Positions 1 through 9,157 of a DNA stretch of 37,432 bases are shown here, in pieces. Each line of letters opens with the position of its first letter. The first letter of the stretch is position 1. The notes beneath the pieces are model-generated. The model ran no database searches. It was not told the DNA's origin and was given only the letters and a program-made list of their open reading frames with translations. The translations under genes and the position numbers were made by a program. Origin of the DNA: an uncultured Gemmatimonadota bacterium (GTDB taxonomy: Bacteria; GCA-2686955); the NCBI GenBank assembly GCA_964490075.1, contig CAZBBK010000062.1, forward strand, positions 1 through 37,432, given 5' to 3'.

Positions 1-44
1 GGGCTGCCCGCCCCCCCTCGCCCTCTCCATCTCTCAATCGACCC

Positions 45-79
45 CACAATGGCTGCGGCGCCAGCCGCCAGCCATTGTG
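45..79. repeat. Inverted repeat/hairpin upstream of the S8 peptidase
   Basis: CACAATGGCTG (45-55) and CAGCCATTGTG (69-79) are perfect reverse complements. The inner CGGC/GCCG extends the stem around a GCCA loop with one bulged C. Confidence 0.75.
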
Positions 80-91
80 ACATCTTGTGAC
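75..91. promoter_or_regulatory. Direct repeat TTGTGAC-atc-TTGTGAC, possible winged-helix regulator site
   Basis: Two identical 7-mers with 10-bp period in a non-coding region about 60 bp upstream of the peptidase start. Function is inferred. Confidence 0.35.
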
Positions 92-149
92 GGGCATACC
101 CGGCGAAGAGCCCATACGGTGGTCTCAACCCCACCACCCGAGGCCCGCC

Positions 150-2741
150 ATGCCCGTCCCGCCGATTCTCCTCCCCGCCCCCGCCCTTCTCCTGGCCGGT
201 ACCCTCCTCGCCACTCCACCTCCGCCCAGCCCTTCCCCGGAGCGCATCAGCGCCGAGCTCGCCGAGCAGATCGCCGCGGCCGAGCCCCAGAGCCGCATCT
301 CCGCGCTGCTCCTGCTCCCGCCCTTCGCAACGGACGATCCACTGCCGCCCCGCGCCGCGATCGCCGTCCGGCGCCGCCATGCCGAGCGAGCCCAGAGCGA
401 CCTGATCCGCCACCTGCGCACCTCGTCCGACCAGGTCGAGATCGTCCAGCGCTACTGGATCAAGAACGCCGTCCACGTACGCGCGACCCCCGGTGTCCTG
501 GCCCAACTCGCGCGCCGCCCGGACCTGTGCTCGATCCACCACGACGGCCGAGCGCACTTGGTGGAGCCGCGCCGCGCCGCTCCCCCCGCGGACGCTGGCG
601 GCGTCGAGTGGAACATCTCGATGGTGCGCGCCGACGCCGCCTGGGATCTGGGCTACACCGGCGAAGGGATCATCATCGGCCACGCCGATACCGGCGTCGA
701 TCCCGACCATCCGGCCCTGGCCGGAAGGCACCTCGGCCATTGGCACGACGCCATCAGCGGCCGTTCCAATCCCTACGACGATCATGGTCACGGTACCCAC
801 ACCCTCGGCACCATCTGCGGCGGCGACGGCCGGGGCCCCTTCAGCGACGACATCGGCGTCGCGCCCGGCGCCCGGTTCGTTACCACCAAAGTTCTCGATC
901 GCAACGGCAGCGGCAGCTTCTCCCAGATCATGGACGGTCTCCAGTTCCTGGCCAACCTCAAGCCGAGCGTCGACCTGCGCGCGGTGTCCAACTCCTGGGC
1001 CTCGCTCGACCAGACCGACACATTTTTCTGGGAGATCTTCGAGACCTACAACGCCATCGGCATCCTGCCGATCGTCGCCAATGGAAATACCGGCCCCAAC
1101 TCCGGTACGGCACTGACTCCCGGCAACTACTCCGTGGTGCTCGGCGTTGGCGCGACCAACTCCCAGGACCGGATCGCCTCGTTCTCCTCTCGCGGACCGG
1201 CCCCGAACCGTCATCCCTGGACCGATCCCACGACCTGGTACCGGGACGACTGGAACCTGATCAAGCCCGACCTCTCGGCCCCCGGCGAGGCGGTGCGCTC
1301 GGCATTGCCCAATGGCCGCTACGATGCCTGGAGCGGCACCTCCATGGCCACCCCGCACCTGGCCGGCGCGGTGGCCATCCTGTGTCAGCGCAACCCCTTG
1401 CTGACGCCCCGGATCCTCTACAGCCTGCTGCTCGATCACGGCGTCCAGCCGAGCCACGGCGCCCCCTTTCCGAACCACGACTTCGGCTGGGGCCGACTCG
1501 ACGTGTTCGGCACCCTGGCCGCCACCCCCGGCCCCGATCAGCCCTGGCTGGTGATCACCGAGCTCAGCATCGACGATCCCTTCCCGCTCGGCGACGGCGA
1601 CCACCTGCTGGAGCCCGGAGAGATCGGCCAGATGACGGCAGTGCTGCGCAACATCGGCGGCCAGGCTGCCTACGACGCGACCGTCAGCGTCGTGTCGCGC
1701 GACAACTTCATGCGCATCGAGAACCCGACGACCGAGTTGGGCGACCTCGAGCCCGGCGACCAACGCGACAACGCCGCCGATCCCTTCTCGCTACACATCC
1801 ACGATCTGACGCCGCAGGGGCACGCCTCGGAGCTGGAGATCCGCATTCTCGCCGCTGGCGACAGTCTGGGCTTCGCCGATACCCTGTCGCGTGTGCTCAC
1901 CATCGGCACTCCCCCGCCTCCGGTGGTGCTGGCCGCCGACGCCTTCGACTATCCGTCTCAGCCCGAGTTCCACGCCAACTGGGACGCCGGTCCTTCCTGG
2001 GACCTGGATCCGGACCAGTACCACTCTCCGGCGCAGTCGGTGTCGACGGAGGGGACCAGCTACGATTTCCTCTACCTGACGATGAAGCACGGTGTCGACA
2101 TCTCGGCCTATCCCGAGGCGGCGCTCGAGCTGATGCATCAGTGGGACTTCGACGACTCGGTCTTCACCTTCGCCCAGATCGACATCGCCGATGGCGCGGG
2201 ACCGTGGTGGGGGCTTTGGAACTACAGCTTCGTCGATGAGGAAGAGCGCCAGCTCTGGACCGCGCTCCGCCTGCCCTTGGCGGATTTCCTGGGTGAGCAG
2301 GTCCGGCTGCGCTTCGGCAAGCAGGCCAGCCCCTTCTTTACCGACTTCGCGGACTGGTGGATCGACGACATCGAGATCAACTCGCCAGACGACGTCGAAC
2401 CTCCCTACTTCCACGAGCGGGGCCTATTCGGGACGGTGCCGGGTCCTTACAGCGCGCGGGCGTGCATCACCGACCGCAACGGTGTAGCCAGCGCATCAGT
2501 CTACTACCGTGTCGCCGGTGGCGCCTGGCGCCGGGTCGAGATGAGCCCAATCGGTGAGGACGGCTTCCAAGGAGCGATACCGGCGCAGCCGGACGCCAAG
2601 GCCATCGACTACTTCTTCAGCGCCGAGGACCGATGGGTCGAGCCGAGCTCCGGCGCCGATCCGGTCGGCGCTCCAGGCGACGGTTTCCACACCTTCTACC
2701 CCGTTCGCACTCATCTGCACGAGCTTCCGAGCCCTCGCTGA
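150..2741 (+). CDS. Secreted S8 (subtilisin-like, bacillopeptidase F-like) serine peptidase with propeptide and C-terminal Ig/beta-sandwich domains
   Basis: Catalytic motifs ADTG, HGHGTHT, ANGN (oxyanion) and GTSMATPH. Hydrophobic signal-like N-terminus from ATG 150 with GAGG upstream. ORF-track start 87 is likely too long. Confidence 0.93.
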   Translation: MPVPPILLPAPALLLAGTLLATPPPPSPSPERISAELAEQIAAAEPQSRISALLLLPPFATDDPLPPRAAIAVRRRHAERAQSDLIRHLRTSSDQVEIVQRYWIKNAVHVRATPGVLAQLARRPDLCSIHHDGRAHLVEPRRAAPPADAGGVEWNISMVRADAAWDLGYTGEGIIIGHADTGVDPDHPALAGRHLGHWHDAISGRSNPYDDHGHGTHTLGTICGGDGRGPFSDDIGVAPGARFVTTKVLDRNGSGSFSQIMDGLQFLANLKPSVDLRAVSNSWASLDQTDTFFWEIFETYNAIGILPIVANGNTGPNSGTALTPGNYSVVLGVGATNSQDRIASFSSRGPAPNRHPWTDPTTWYRDDWNLIKPDLSAPGEAVRSALPNGRYDAWSGTSMATPHLAGAVAILCQRNPLLTPRILYSLLLDHGVQPSHGAPFPNHDFGWGRLDVFGTLAATPGPDQPWLVITELSIDDPFPLGDGDHLLEPGEIGQMTAVLRNIGGQAAYDATVSVVSRDNFMRIENPTTELGDLEPGDQRDNAADPFSLHIHDLTPQGHASELEIRILAAGDSLGFADTLSRVLTIGTPPPPVVLAADAFDYPSQPEFHANWDAGPSWDLDPDQYHSPAQSVSTEGTSYDFLYLTMKHGVDISAYPEAALELMHQWDFDDSVFTFAQIDIADGAGPWWGLWNYSFVDEEERQLWTALRLPLADFLGEQVRLRFGKQASPFFTDFADWWIDDIEINSPDDVEPPYFHERGLFGTVPGPYSARACITDRNGVASASVYYRVAGGAWRRVEMSPIGEDGFQGAIPAQPDAKAIDYFFSAEDRWVEPSSGADPVGAPGDGFHTFYPVRTHLHELPSPR

Positions 2742-2761
2742 AAGCTCCAGGAGGTCCAGAA

Positions 2762-3860
2762 ATGAGACCGATCGCAACAGTGTTGGTGCTGATGACGAGC
2801 GCACTCTTGCAGTGTCCCGTCGCGACCGCCGCCGTCCGCCCGTCCCTCTCGCCGCGGCTCGCCGCGCAGATCGATGCTGCCGGCGCCGACCAACTCCTGC
2901 CGGCAATCGTGTTGCTGCGGCGCCCCGCTCCGCCGCCCGAGCTGTCGCGACTGCCGGTGGCCGAGCGCGTCGCGGTTCTGCGCCGCGCCGCTGAGTCGCA
3001 GCGACGCCCGCTGCTGCACAGCCTGGCCGCGGCCGGCGAACGCGCGCGGGTTCTCCGCTCGTTCTGGATCGCGGGCGCCGTCTACCTCGAGGCCGAGCCG
3101 GAGATCCTGCGCCGGATCGGCCGCCGCCGCGACGTCGAAGAGGTCTGGCACAACGGCAGCGTCCACCTGGTCGATCCTCTGAAAGGGTCCGACTCCGAAT
3201 CCCCGCCTCGCGTCGCCTCGGTCGAATGGGGCCTCCGCAAAGTGATGGCCGACTCGGCCTGGCCCCCTTCAGCAACGACATCGGGATCGCTCCCGGCGCC
3301 ACCTTCGTCACCGCCAAGGTGCTGAACCGCAACGGATCGGGCAGCTTCAACCAGATCCTGGAGGGTCTCGAGTTCATCGCCGACCTGAAGCCAACGGTCG
3401 ACATCCGGGCACGTTCCAACTCCTGGGCCTCGACCAACCAGGCCGAGACCTTCTTCGTGGACCGGGCCGACTGGTGGATCGACGACTTCGAGCTCACCAC
3501 CCCCGACGATGTCGAGCCGCCCTACTTCGAGCGGGTTCGGCTGGTGCCGACCAGTGCCCACAGCGGTCCCTTCGCCCTTGGTGCGGTGCTCAGCGACGAG
3601 AGCCGGATCGAGAGCGTCGGTGTTCGCTACCGTGTGAACGTGGGCGACAGGCTCGAGGTCGAGCTACTTCCCTCCGGTGGCGACGCTTACTCCGGACAGA
3701 TTCCGGCGCTCGAGGCGGGCGACAGCGTCGACTACTACTATGTCGCCGTCGACGGCTGGGTGGTGCCCAACACCGGCACCGATCCCCTCGGGGCGCCGGG
3801 ATACGGTTTTCACTCGTTCAGCGTGCTGGCGCCGCAAATCGTCCCGCAGCCTCGGCCTTG
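2762..3860 (+). pseudogene. Degenerate paralog of the upstream S8 peptidase (two internal deletions, frameshift, no cognate stop)
   Basis: AGGAGG RBS plus ATG 2762, signal peptide and propeptide up to VEWGLRKVMADSAW. It then shifts frame to PFSNDIGIAPGA...SNSWASTNQAETFF, joined directly to VDRADWWIDD...GFHSF. All segments match gene 150-2741, but the Asp, His and Ser motifs are absent. The end coordinate is approximate. Confidence 0.85.
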
Positions 3861-3878
3861 TGGGGCCACTGGCCGCCA

Positions 3879-4901
3879 CTATTTCCAGGGCGCCATCGTT
3901 TCGTGGAGCAGCTCGGCGACCTCGGCGTGCGTCGCTTCATTGGGGTGGGCATCCAGCGAGTTCACCACCAGCCCCCGTGGATCGCGCTCCCGGAAATGTC
4001 GCTGCAGGTCGAGCACCGCGACTCCCTTGCCGCGGAGATGGTCCACTACCTTGGAAGTGATCGCTTCGCTGCCGGCGACGTCGATCAGATTGGGCCAGAC
4101 GACGAAGCCGAGCGCGGCGCCGGTTCGCTCCGCGTAGTCTACCAGGGCGTCGAGCTCGCCGAGATGCGCGTTCCACGCGGTGCCATCCTGGTAAGCGCCT
4201 CGCAGGCAGCTCCAGAATTCCGATCCGCCGAGATCGCCTCGGTAGAGCCTCCAGTAGATCCAGTTGCAGAGATAGGAGCGCGCGACCACGTAGCCGAGCA
4301 GTCCGCCGGGAGATGGCGTCGATTGGCGGGTGCCCAGGCAGTCGTCCGCCGCGGCGTGTTGGATGTCGTTGATGAAGTACGAGATGATGACTACTTCGGG
4401 GGTCTGCTGGTGACTTTCGAGCACGCCGGCGTAGCTGTGGGTGTCCCAGCCGCATTGCGCCAAGGTGGCGACGGTCCACTCGGAACCCAGCCTGTCACCC
4501 AGTCGGTTCGAAAATCGGTCGTCGATGTCGCGAACGCCGTGACCCGCGGCGAAGGAATCGCCCACGACGAACGCCAGCTTTCGGTCCCAGCGCGGCTCGT
4601 GGTCGCGGAATCCCTGCGTGTTGATCGGTCGCCAGTAGCGGTGGAACCAGCGTCTCGAGGTCAGTGTGAACTGAAATCCATCCGACTGGACGAAGACGTA
4701 GGAAAACGCGCATTCCAGGGCCCACAGGGCGTACATCGTCGAAAACAGGAGCGCCAGAGAATTGACGGCGAGGGAGCGCACCGGGCCTCCGCGGGGCCAC
4801 CTGCGGCGGATGATGTACGCGACCGTGAGCACAAACGCGGAGATGGCGACGAAGTACGTCGCCAAGAGCAAGTAGTAGTGCTCCATGAAGATCGTCGTCA
4901 C
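3879..4901 (-). CDS. Membrane-anchored SGNH/GDSL hydrolase family protein
   Basis: Two N-terminal TM segments, GDSFAAG (block I), YFIND (block III) and DAHPN (block V). Alternative start ATG 4886. Confidence 0.85.
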   Translation of the reverse strand: MTTIFMEHYYLLLATYFVAISAFVLTVAYIIRRRWPRGGPVRSLAVNSLALLFSTMYALWALECAFSYVFVQSDGFQFTLTSRRWFHRYWRPINTQGFRDHEPRWDRKLAFVVGDSFAAGHGVRDIDDRFSNRLGDRLGSEWTVATLAQCGWDTHSYAGVLESHQQTPEVVIISYFINDIQHAAADDCLGTRQSTPSPGGLLGYVVARSYLCNWIYWRLYRGDLGGSEFWSCLRGAYQDGTAWNAHLGELDALVDYAERTGAALGFVVWPNLIDVAGSEAITSKVVDHLRGKGVAVLDLQRHFRERDPRGLVVNSLDAHPNEATHAEVAELLHETMAPWK

Positions 4902-4906
4902 CAGAG

Positions 4907-5758
4907 TCAGCTCCGAGCCTTGCGCGCCACGACCCCCAGACTGATCACGTGCGGCAGGAACTCTTTGACCGCCTCGTTGGTCGTTCCGAACTCCTTGATC
5001 GCTTCCTGAAGCGGCGAATCGGATGCGCAGACCTTGTCGCCGAAGGCGGCCTCGCTGACCACTCGCACCTCGCTGAACCCCGCGGCCTCGATGGCGCCGA
5101 GGTAGTCGGCGCGCAGGCTGGCACCGCCCACGCAGCCGACGTAGGCATCGACGCTCTGGAGCACCGCCTGGGGCAGGGGACGTTCCAGCACCACGTCGGA
5201 GATCATCAAACGCCCGCCGGACCGCAGCACTCGATGCGCTTCGCGAAACACTTTCGCCTTCTCGGGCGACAGGTTGATCACGCAGTTCGAGATGATCACG
5301 TCGACCGATTCGTCCTCGACCGGCAGCGCCTCGATGAGCCCCTTGCGGAACTCCACGTTGTCGGCCCCCACCGCGGCCGCGTTGTCGCGCGCTCGCTGCA
5401 ACATGTCGTCGGTCATGTCGACCCCGATCACGCGCCCGGTCGCTCCCACTTTCTTGGCGGCGATGAAGGCGTCGATTCCGGCCCCGGCGCCGAGGTCCAG
5501 CACCACCTCTCCGGGCGCCAGCGAGTCGATGGCGGTGGGATTGCCGCAGCCGAGGCCGAGATTGGCGCCCTCGGGGAGCGCGGCCAGCTCTTCGTCGGAG
5601 TAGCCGACGATGCGGCTGACCTGCTCGGCGGTCGTCGTCGAGCCGCCGCAGCAGGGATCGCCGCTGTCGCGGGCCAGCTTTGCGTAGCCCTTCTCCACCA
5701 GGCGGCGGATCTCTTCGGTACCTTCGGGTCGTTTGTTCTTGTCGTCGCAGCAGCCCAT
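4907..5758 (-). CDS. arsM: Arsenite S-adenosylmethionine methyltransferase
   Basis: MGCC...CCGG N-terminus, LGLGCGNP, VLDLGAGAGID (SAM motif I), ISNCVINL and GCVGGA. Purine-rich RBS before ATG 5758. The ORF-track extension to 6712 is a shadow frame of the kinase. Confidence 0.9.
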   Translation of the reverse strand: MGCCDDKNKRPEGTEEIRRLVEKGYAKLARDSGDPCCGGSTTTAEQVSRIVGYSDEELAALPEGANLGLGCGNPTAIDSLAPGEVVLDLGAGAGIDAFIAAKKVGATGRVIGVDMTDDMLQRARDNAAAVGADNVEFRKGLIEALPVEDESVDVIISNCVINLSPEKAKVFREAHRVLRSGGRLMISDVVLERPLPQAVLQSVDAYVGCVGGASLRADYLGAIEAAGFSEVRVVSEAAFGDKVCASDSPLQEAIKEFGTTNEAVKEFLPHVISLGVVARKARS

Positions 5759-5865
5759 CGGCTTCCTCTCTCGTGTTTCGGTGAGCGGCGCATCTCGGTC
5801 CGGGACCCGGACTCTCGAGGGATCGGCGCCCACCTCCAAGGATACGCCACGAGAAAGCGCGCGGG

Positions 5866-7557
5866 TCAGACCAGGCGCAGGCTCCCTCCGCCGGTCGTGC
5901 TCTCGGCGGCGGCTGGCTTCTCGCGGGCCTCGGTGGGAGCGCCGAGCGGGAAGCCGAGAGTCAACGTGAAGGTCGTCCCTTCGCCCGGCGTCGTGCGACA
6001 CACCAGGTCGCCACCATGGTTGGTGGCGATTCGCTTGCAGATCGGCAGCCCGAAGCCATGCCCGTCTTTCTTGGTGGTCACGGCACGCTCGAAGAGCGCC
6101 GCCTCGACCTCCTCCGGCAGCCCGGGACCGTCGTCCTCTACCACCACGCTCACCCTGCCCTCGGCGTCGATCAAACTGATCACGCCGATCGTGCAGGGCT
6201 CGCCTTCGGCCGCCTCGGCCGCGTTCTTGAAGAGATTGACGAGGATCTGCTGGATCTGCCCGTCGTCGATCGCGGCGATCGGATCGGCGGGATCGAGTCG
6301 CGTCTCGAAGCTGACCCGGTCGAAGCTGTTCTGCGGCTTGACGAACTGGATCGTGTTGCGGATCACCTCGTTGATTCGTCCCGGCGCCGGACTGGTCTCG
6401 AGGCGCGAGAAGTCCATCAGACTGTGGGCGAAGCGCGCCGTTCCTTCGACCTGGCGACAGATCAGATCGAGCGACTTGCGCGCCTGGTCGGTGTCGCCGT
6501 CGTCGAGCATGTAGGGGATCAGCGAGGCGTGCCCCATGATGCCGTTCATGAAGTTGGCGAGCTCGTGGCCGATCTCGGCCGCCATTCTCCCTTTCGATGC
6601 CATCGACTCCGAGGCGACCAGCTGCTGTTCCAGGCGCAACCGATCCTCGATTCGGGTGAGAATCGTCACGGTCCCGATGATGCGGCCGGCGTCGCCCTGG
6701 ATCGGCGAGCACGACACCTCGACATCGAGGGTCACCGAGTCGGTCCCCCCGGTCGGCTCGTCCGGCAAGCGCGCCGGGCGGGTGAGGCGGATCCTCTGGC
6801 CGGTCATCGCCTCTCCGCGCCGCAGCACCTCGACCACCACCGCCTCGACCTCGGAGCCGCCGCTCAGACCTTCGCCGACCGGTCGGCCGGCCAGGTCGCC
6901 CGGATCGATCCCCCAGACCCGCGCCGCCTGTCGGTTGGCCAGCACCACGGTCGCGCGGGTGTCGGTAGTCAGAATCGCGTCAGCGGAGCTGTTGATCAGG
7001 TTGTCGCGATAGTTGTGGGCCGCGCGCAGGTTGCGCAGCAGATCCATGTTCTTCGCGGCCACCGCGAGCTGGCCCGCCAGGAGATGCAGCACCCGCTCGG
7101 TCGCCGCGTCGAACGCGCCGGGCGCGCCGTGCCAGAGCAGCAGCACACCGAGCACTTCTGAGCGGAAGACCAGCGGGAAGGCCAAGAGCGAGCGCGGACA
7201 TCCCTCGGAGAAGGAAGCGAAACGCGGATCGTCCCGGCTGTCGGAGACGGTCTCCGGCTCGCCCTTCTCGGCCACCGACTCGGCGAGCGCCGTGCTGGCC
7301 GGCGGCCGGATGTCGTTGTCGATGATCGACTCCAGGATCTGCCCGTGGAGCACCAGCACGTCACCGCCCTCGGCGTCGGTCAGCTCGACCACCTGCGCCA
7401 CCACTCGTCGCATCTGGTCCGGCGCGTCGGCTTCGGAGGCCAGCGCCTCGTTGACCACCCGCAAGAGCGAGAGCTCGCTGATCTTGTCCTCGAGGGTGTG
7501 CTGATTGCGCTCCAGCAGTCGCCGGAGCAGGTGGATCTGGTCGCTTCCCTCGCTCAC
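5866..7557 (-). CDS. GAF-PAS sensor histidine kinase (cytoplasmic)
   Basis: GAF (SLLAFPLV...LGVL), PAS (LINSSADAILTTD...ANRQA), H-box EIGHELAN, N-box NLFKNAAEA, DDGPG and GHGFGLPI. GTG start overlaps the HDOD stop (GTGA). Confidence 0.9.
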   Translation of the reverse strand: MSEGSDQIHLLRRLLERNQHTLEDKISELSLLRVVNEALASEADAPDQMRRVVAQVVELTDAEGGDVLVLHGQILESIIDNDIRPPASTALAESVAEKGEPETVSDSRDDPRFASFSEGCPRSLLAFPLVFRSEVLGVLLLWHGAPGAFDAATERVLHLLAGQLAVAAKNMDLLRNLRAAHNYRDNLINSSADAILTTDTRATVVLANRQAARVWGIDPGDLAGRPVGEGLSGGSEVEAVVVEVLRRGEAMTGQRIRLTRPARLPDEPTGGTDSVTLDVEVSCSPIQGDAGRIIGTVTILTRIEDRLRLEQQLVASESMASKGRMAAEIGHELANFMNGIMGHASLIPYMLDDGDTDQARKSLDLICRQVEGTARFAHSLMDFSRLETSPAPGRINEVIRNTIQFVKPQNSFDRVSFETRLDPADPIAAIDDGQIQQILVNLFKNAAEAAEGEPCTIGVISLIDAEGRVSVVVEDDGPGLPEEVEAALFERAVTTKKDGHGFGLPICKRIATNHGGDLVCRTTPGEGTTFTLTLGFPLGAPTEAREKPAAAESTTGGGSLRLV

Positions 7558-8396
7558 GATCTCCAGCCTCCCGCCGCGACCCGCGCTCGGATCTCGGCCA
7601 CGTGCCGCTCTTCCATCCCCAGCAGCTCCCAGGTGTCCAGCTCGGGCTCGGTGTCGTCCCGTGAGCTGTGCGCGAGCGATGAGGAGGCCTGCAGCACCGC
7701 CGCCAGCACCGGCGCGATCTCTGCGTTGGAGGGCTCGTGATGCCAGCGAACCGCGTCGACCAGCTCCAGCGGCAGCCTCCAGCGATCGAGCAGCCAGGCG
7801 CCGACCTCCTCGTGTGCCACCCCCAACACCTCGATCTCGACCTCGCTCGAACGCTCCGCCGCATCGTGTGGCTCTTCGACCACCTTCTGCCACGCCTGCG
7901 GGAACTCGATCTGCAGCACCACCTTGCCGATGTCGTGCAGCAGGGCGGCGATGAACACCTCGGCGACCTCGGGAGCCGCCGGCGAGACCAGGGCCACCTC
8001 GCGGGCGATGCGGGCGGCATCGAGGGAGTGATCCCAGAGCCGTTGGCGTGCGTCGTTGCCGGAGGGGGCATCGTCCCACATGCCCATCACCGAAGCGGCG
8101 AGCGCCAGCGACTGGACCTCTTCGAAGCCCAGCAGCGCCACCGCCTGGCGGATGCCGGTGATCTGGCGATGGAACCCGTAGTAGGCGGCGTTGACCAGCT
8201 TCAGCAGCTTGGCGGTCAGGCTCTGGTCGCGGCAGATCACTTCCGAGAGGTCGCTGGCCGAGGTCGCCGGATCGAGGAGCAGCGTGTTGATCTCGTTGAT
8301 GACCGCCGGAAAGGCCGGCAGGTCACGGAGATTGCGCAGATGGCTCCACACGTCGGCCTCGGGCGCGGCCGCGGGCGGTGAGGAGATGCGGGGCAT
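7554..8396 (-). CDS. HDOD domain protein
   Basis: LPAFP...DQSLTAKLLKLVNAAYYG...AVALLG, ALLHDIGK, HEEVGAWLLDRWRLP and HHEP. ATG 8396 has GGAG upstream. Confidence 0.92.
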   Translation of the reverse strand: MPRISSPPAAAPEADVWSHLRNLRDLPAFPAVINEINTLLLDPATSASDLSEVICRDQSLTAKLLKLVNAAYYGFHRQITGIRQAVALLGFEEVQSLALAASVMGMWDDAPSGNDARQRLWDHSLDAARIAREVALVSPAAPEVAEVFIAALLHDIGKVVLQIEFPQAWQKVVEEPHDAAERSSEVEIEVLGVAHEEVGAWLLDRWRLPLELVDAVRWHHEPSNAEIAPVLAAVLQASSSLAHSSRDDTEPELDTWELLGMEERHVAEIRARVAAGGWRS

Positions 8397-8494
8397 GTCG
8401 GCTCCCGGCACGGGATGGGGGGTGAGCGCTCCATCCCTTTCATCGGCGCCCGCGGTCGACCGACTGCAGCGGCTTCCCCCGATTGCTGAAAAGT

Positions 8495-9157
8495 CTACGG
8501 CGCTCCGCCCTCGTCAGTGCTCAAGTAGCCGAGCACCTCGCGCATGCGGAAGGGCTTGCAGAGCACGTAGTCGACCGAATCGGGACGCTCGCGGGCCATG
8601 TCCCAGCCGGTCATCAGCACCGTGCGGGTGGAGGGGGACTCGGCCTTGATCCAATCGGTCACGTCGACCCCTTTCGACGTGCCCAGATCGTAGTCCGCGA
8701 ACACCACCGTGTAGTCGGTCGAGCGGCACAGATCGAGGCCTTGCTCGGCCGTGCCGGCGACGTCGACCAGACAGCCCGCTCCTTCCAGGAGATCGCTCAG
8801 GACCTCGCGGATCGTCTCCTCGTCGTCGACCACCAGAACCCGTGCTCCGACCGCCCCGCGGGGGTCGCGCTGCGGCGCGGGAGATTCCTCGGACTCCTCG
8901 GGCTCGACGCGCACCAGCTCGCGCATCAGGTTGAGCTCTTTGGTCGCCTCGAGCACCAGTTCGACCACTACGCCCAGCTCGTCTCGGGTCGATGGATCAT
9001 CGACCATCATCTGCAGGCGCTGGCACTTGAGCAGAAGCGAACCGAAGCGGTTTCCAACCCGATGCAGAGACTCCTGAATGGCGGGGATCAGGTCGGATTC
9101 CTGCCGCCGATCGGGTGCGCCGGACGGGTTTCTCTCGCTACTGGGTTCGGAGGGCAC
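8495..9157 (-). CDS. Response regulator receiver protein with N-terminal H-box-like helical region
   Basis: C-terminal REC: VLVVDD, VFAD (phosphoacceptor), MTG and KPF. N-terminal ESLHRVGNRF helix pair. Start uncertain (GTG 9157 chosen). Confidence 0.8.
   Translation of the reverse strand: MPSEPSSERNPSGAPDRRQESDLIPAIQESLHRVGNRFGSLLLKCQRLQMMVDDPSTRDELGVVVELVLEATKELNLMRELVRVEPEESEESPAPQRDPRGAVGARVLVVDDEETIREVLSDLLEGAGCLVDVAGTAEQGLDLCRSTDYTVVFADYDLGTSKGVDVTDWIKAESPSTRTVLMTGWDMARERPDSVDYVLCKPFRMREVLGYLSTDEGGAP

Noticed and set aside
3879..4901. SGNH gene as a horizontally inserted element truncating the pseudogene
   Set aside because: No terminal repeats, target duplication or mobility gene. 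By eye its composition is not clearly different from other genes such as prkA.
4907..6712. 601-aa ORF suggesting an N-terminally extended ArsM fusion
   Set aside because: The extension is an Arg-rich alternative frame of the kinase gene, and arsM has its own RBS and ATG at 5758.
5866..8079. 737-aa kinase ORF overlapping HDOD
   Set aside because: The first 174 aa are an off-frame read of HDOD. GTG 7557 coupled to the HDOD stop is the plausible start.
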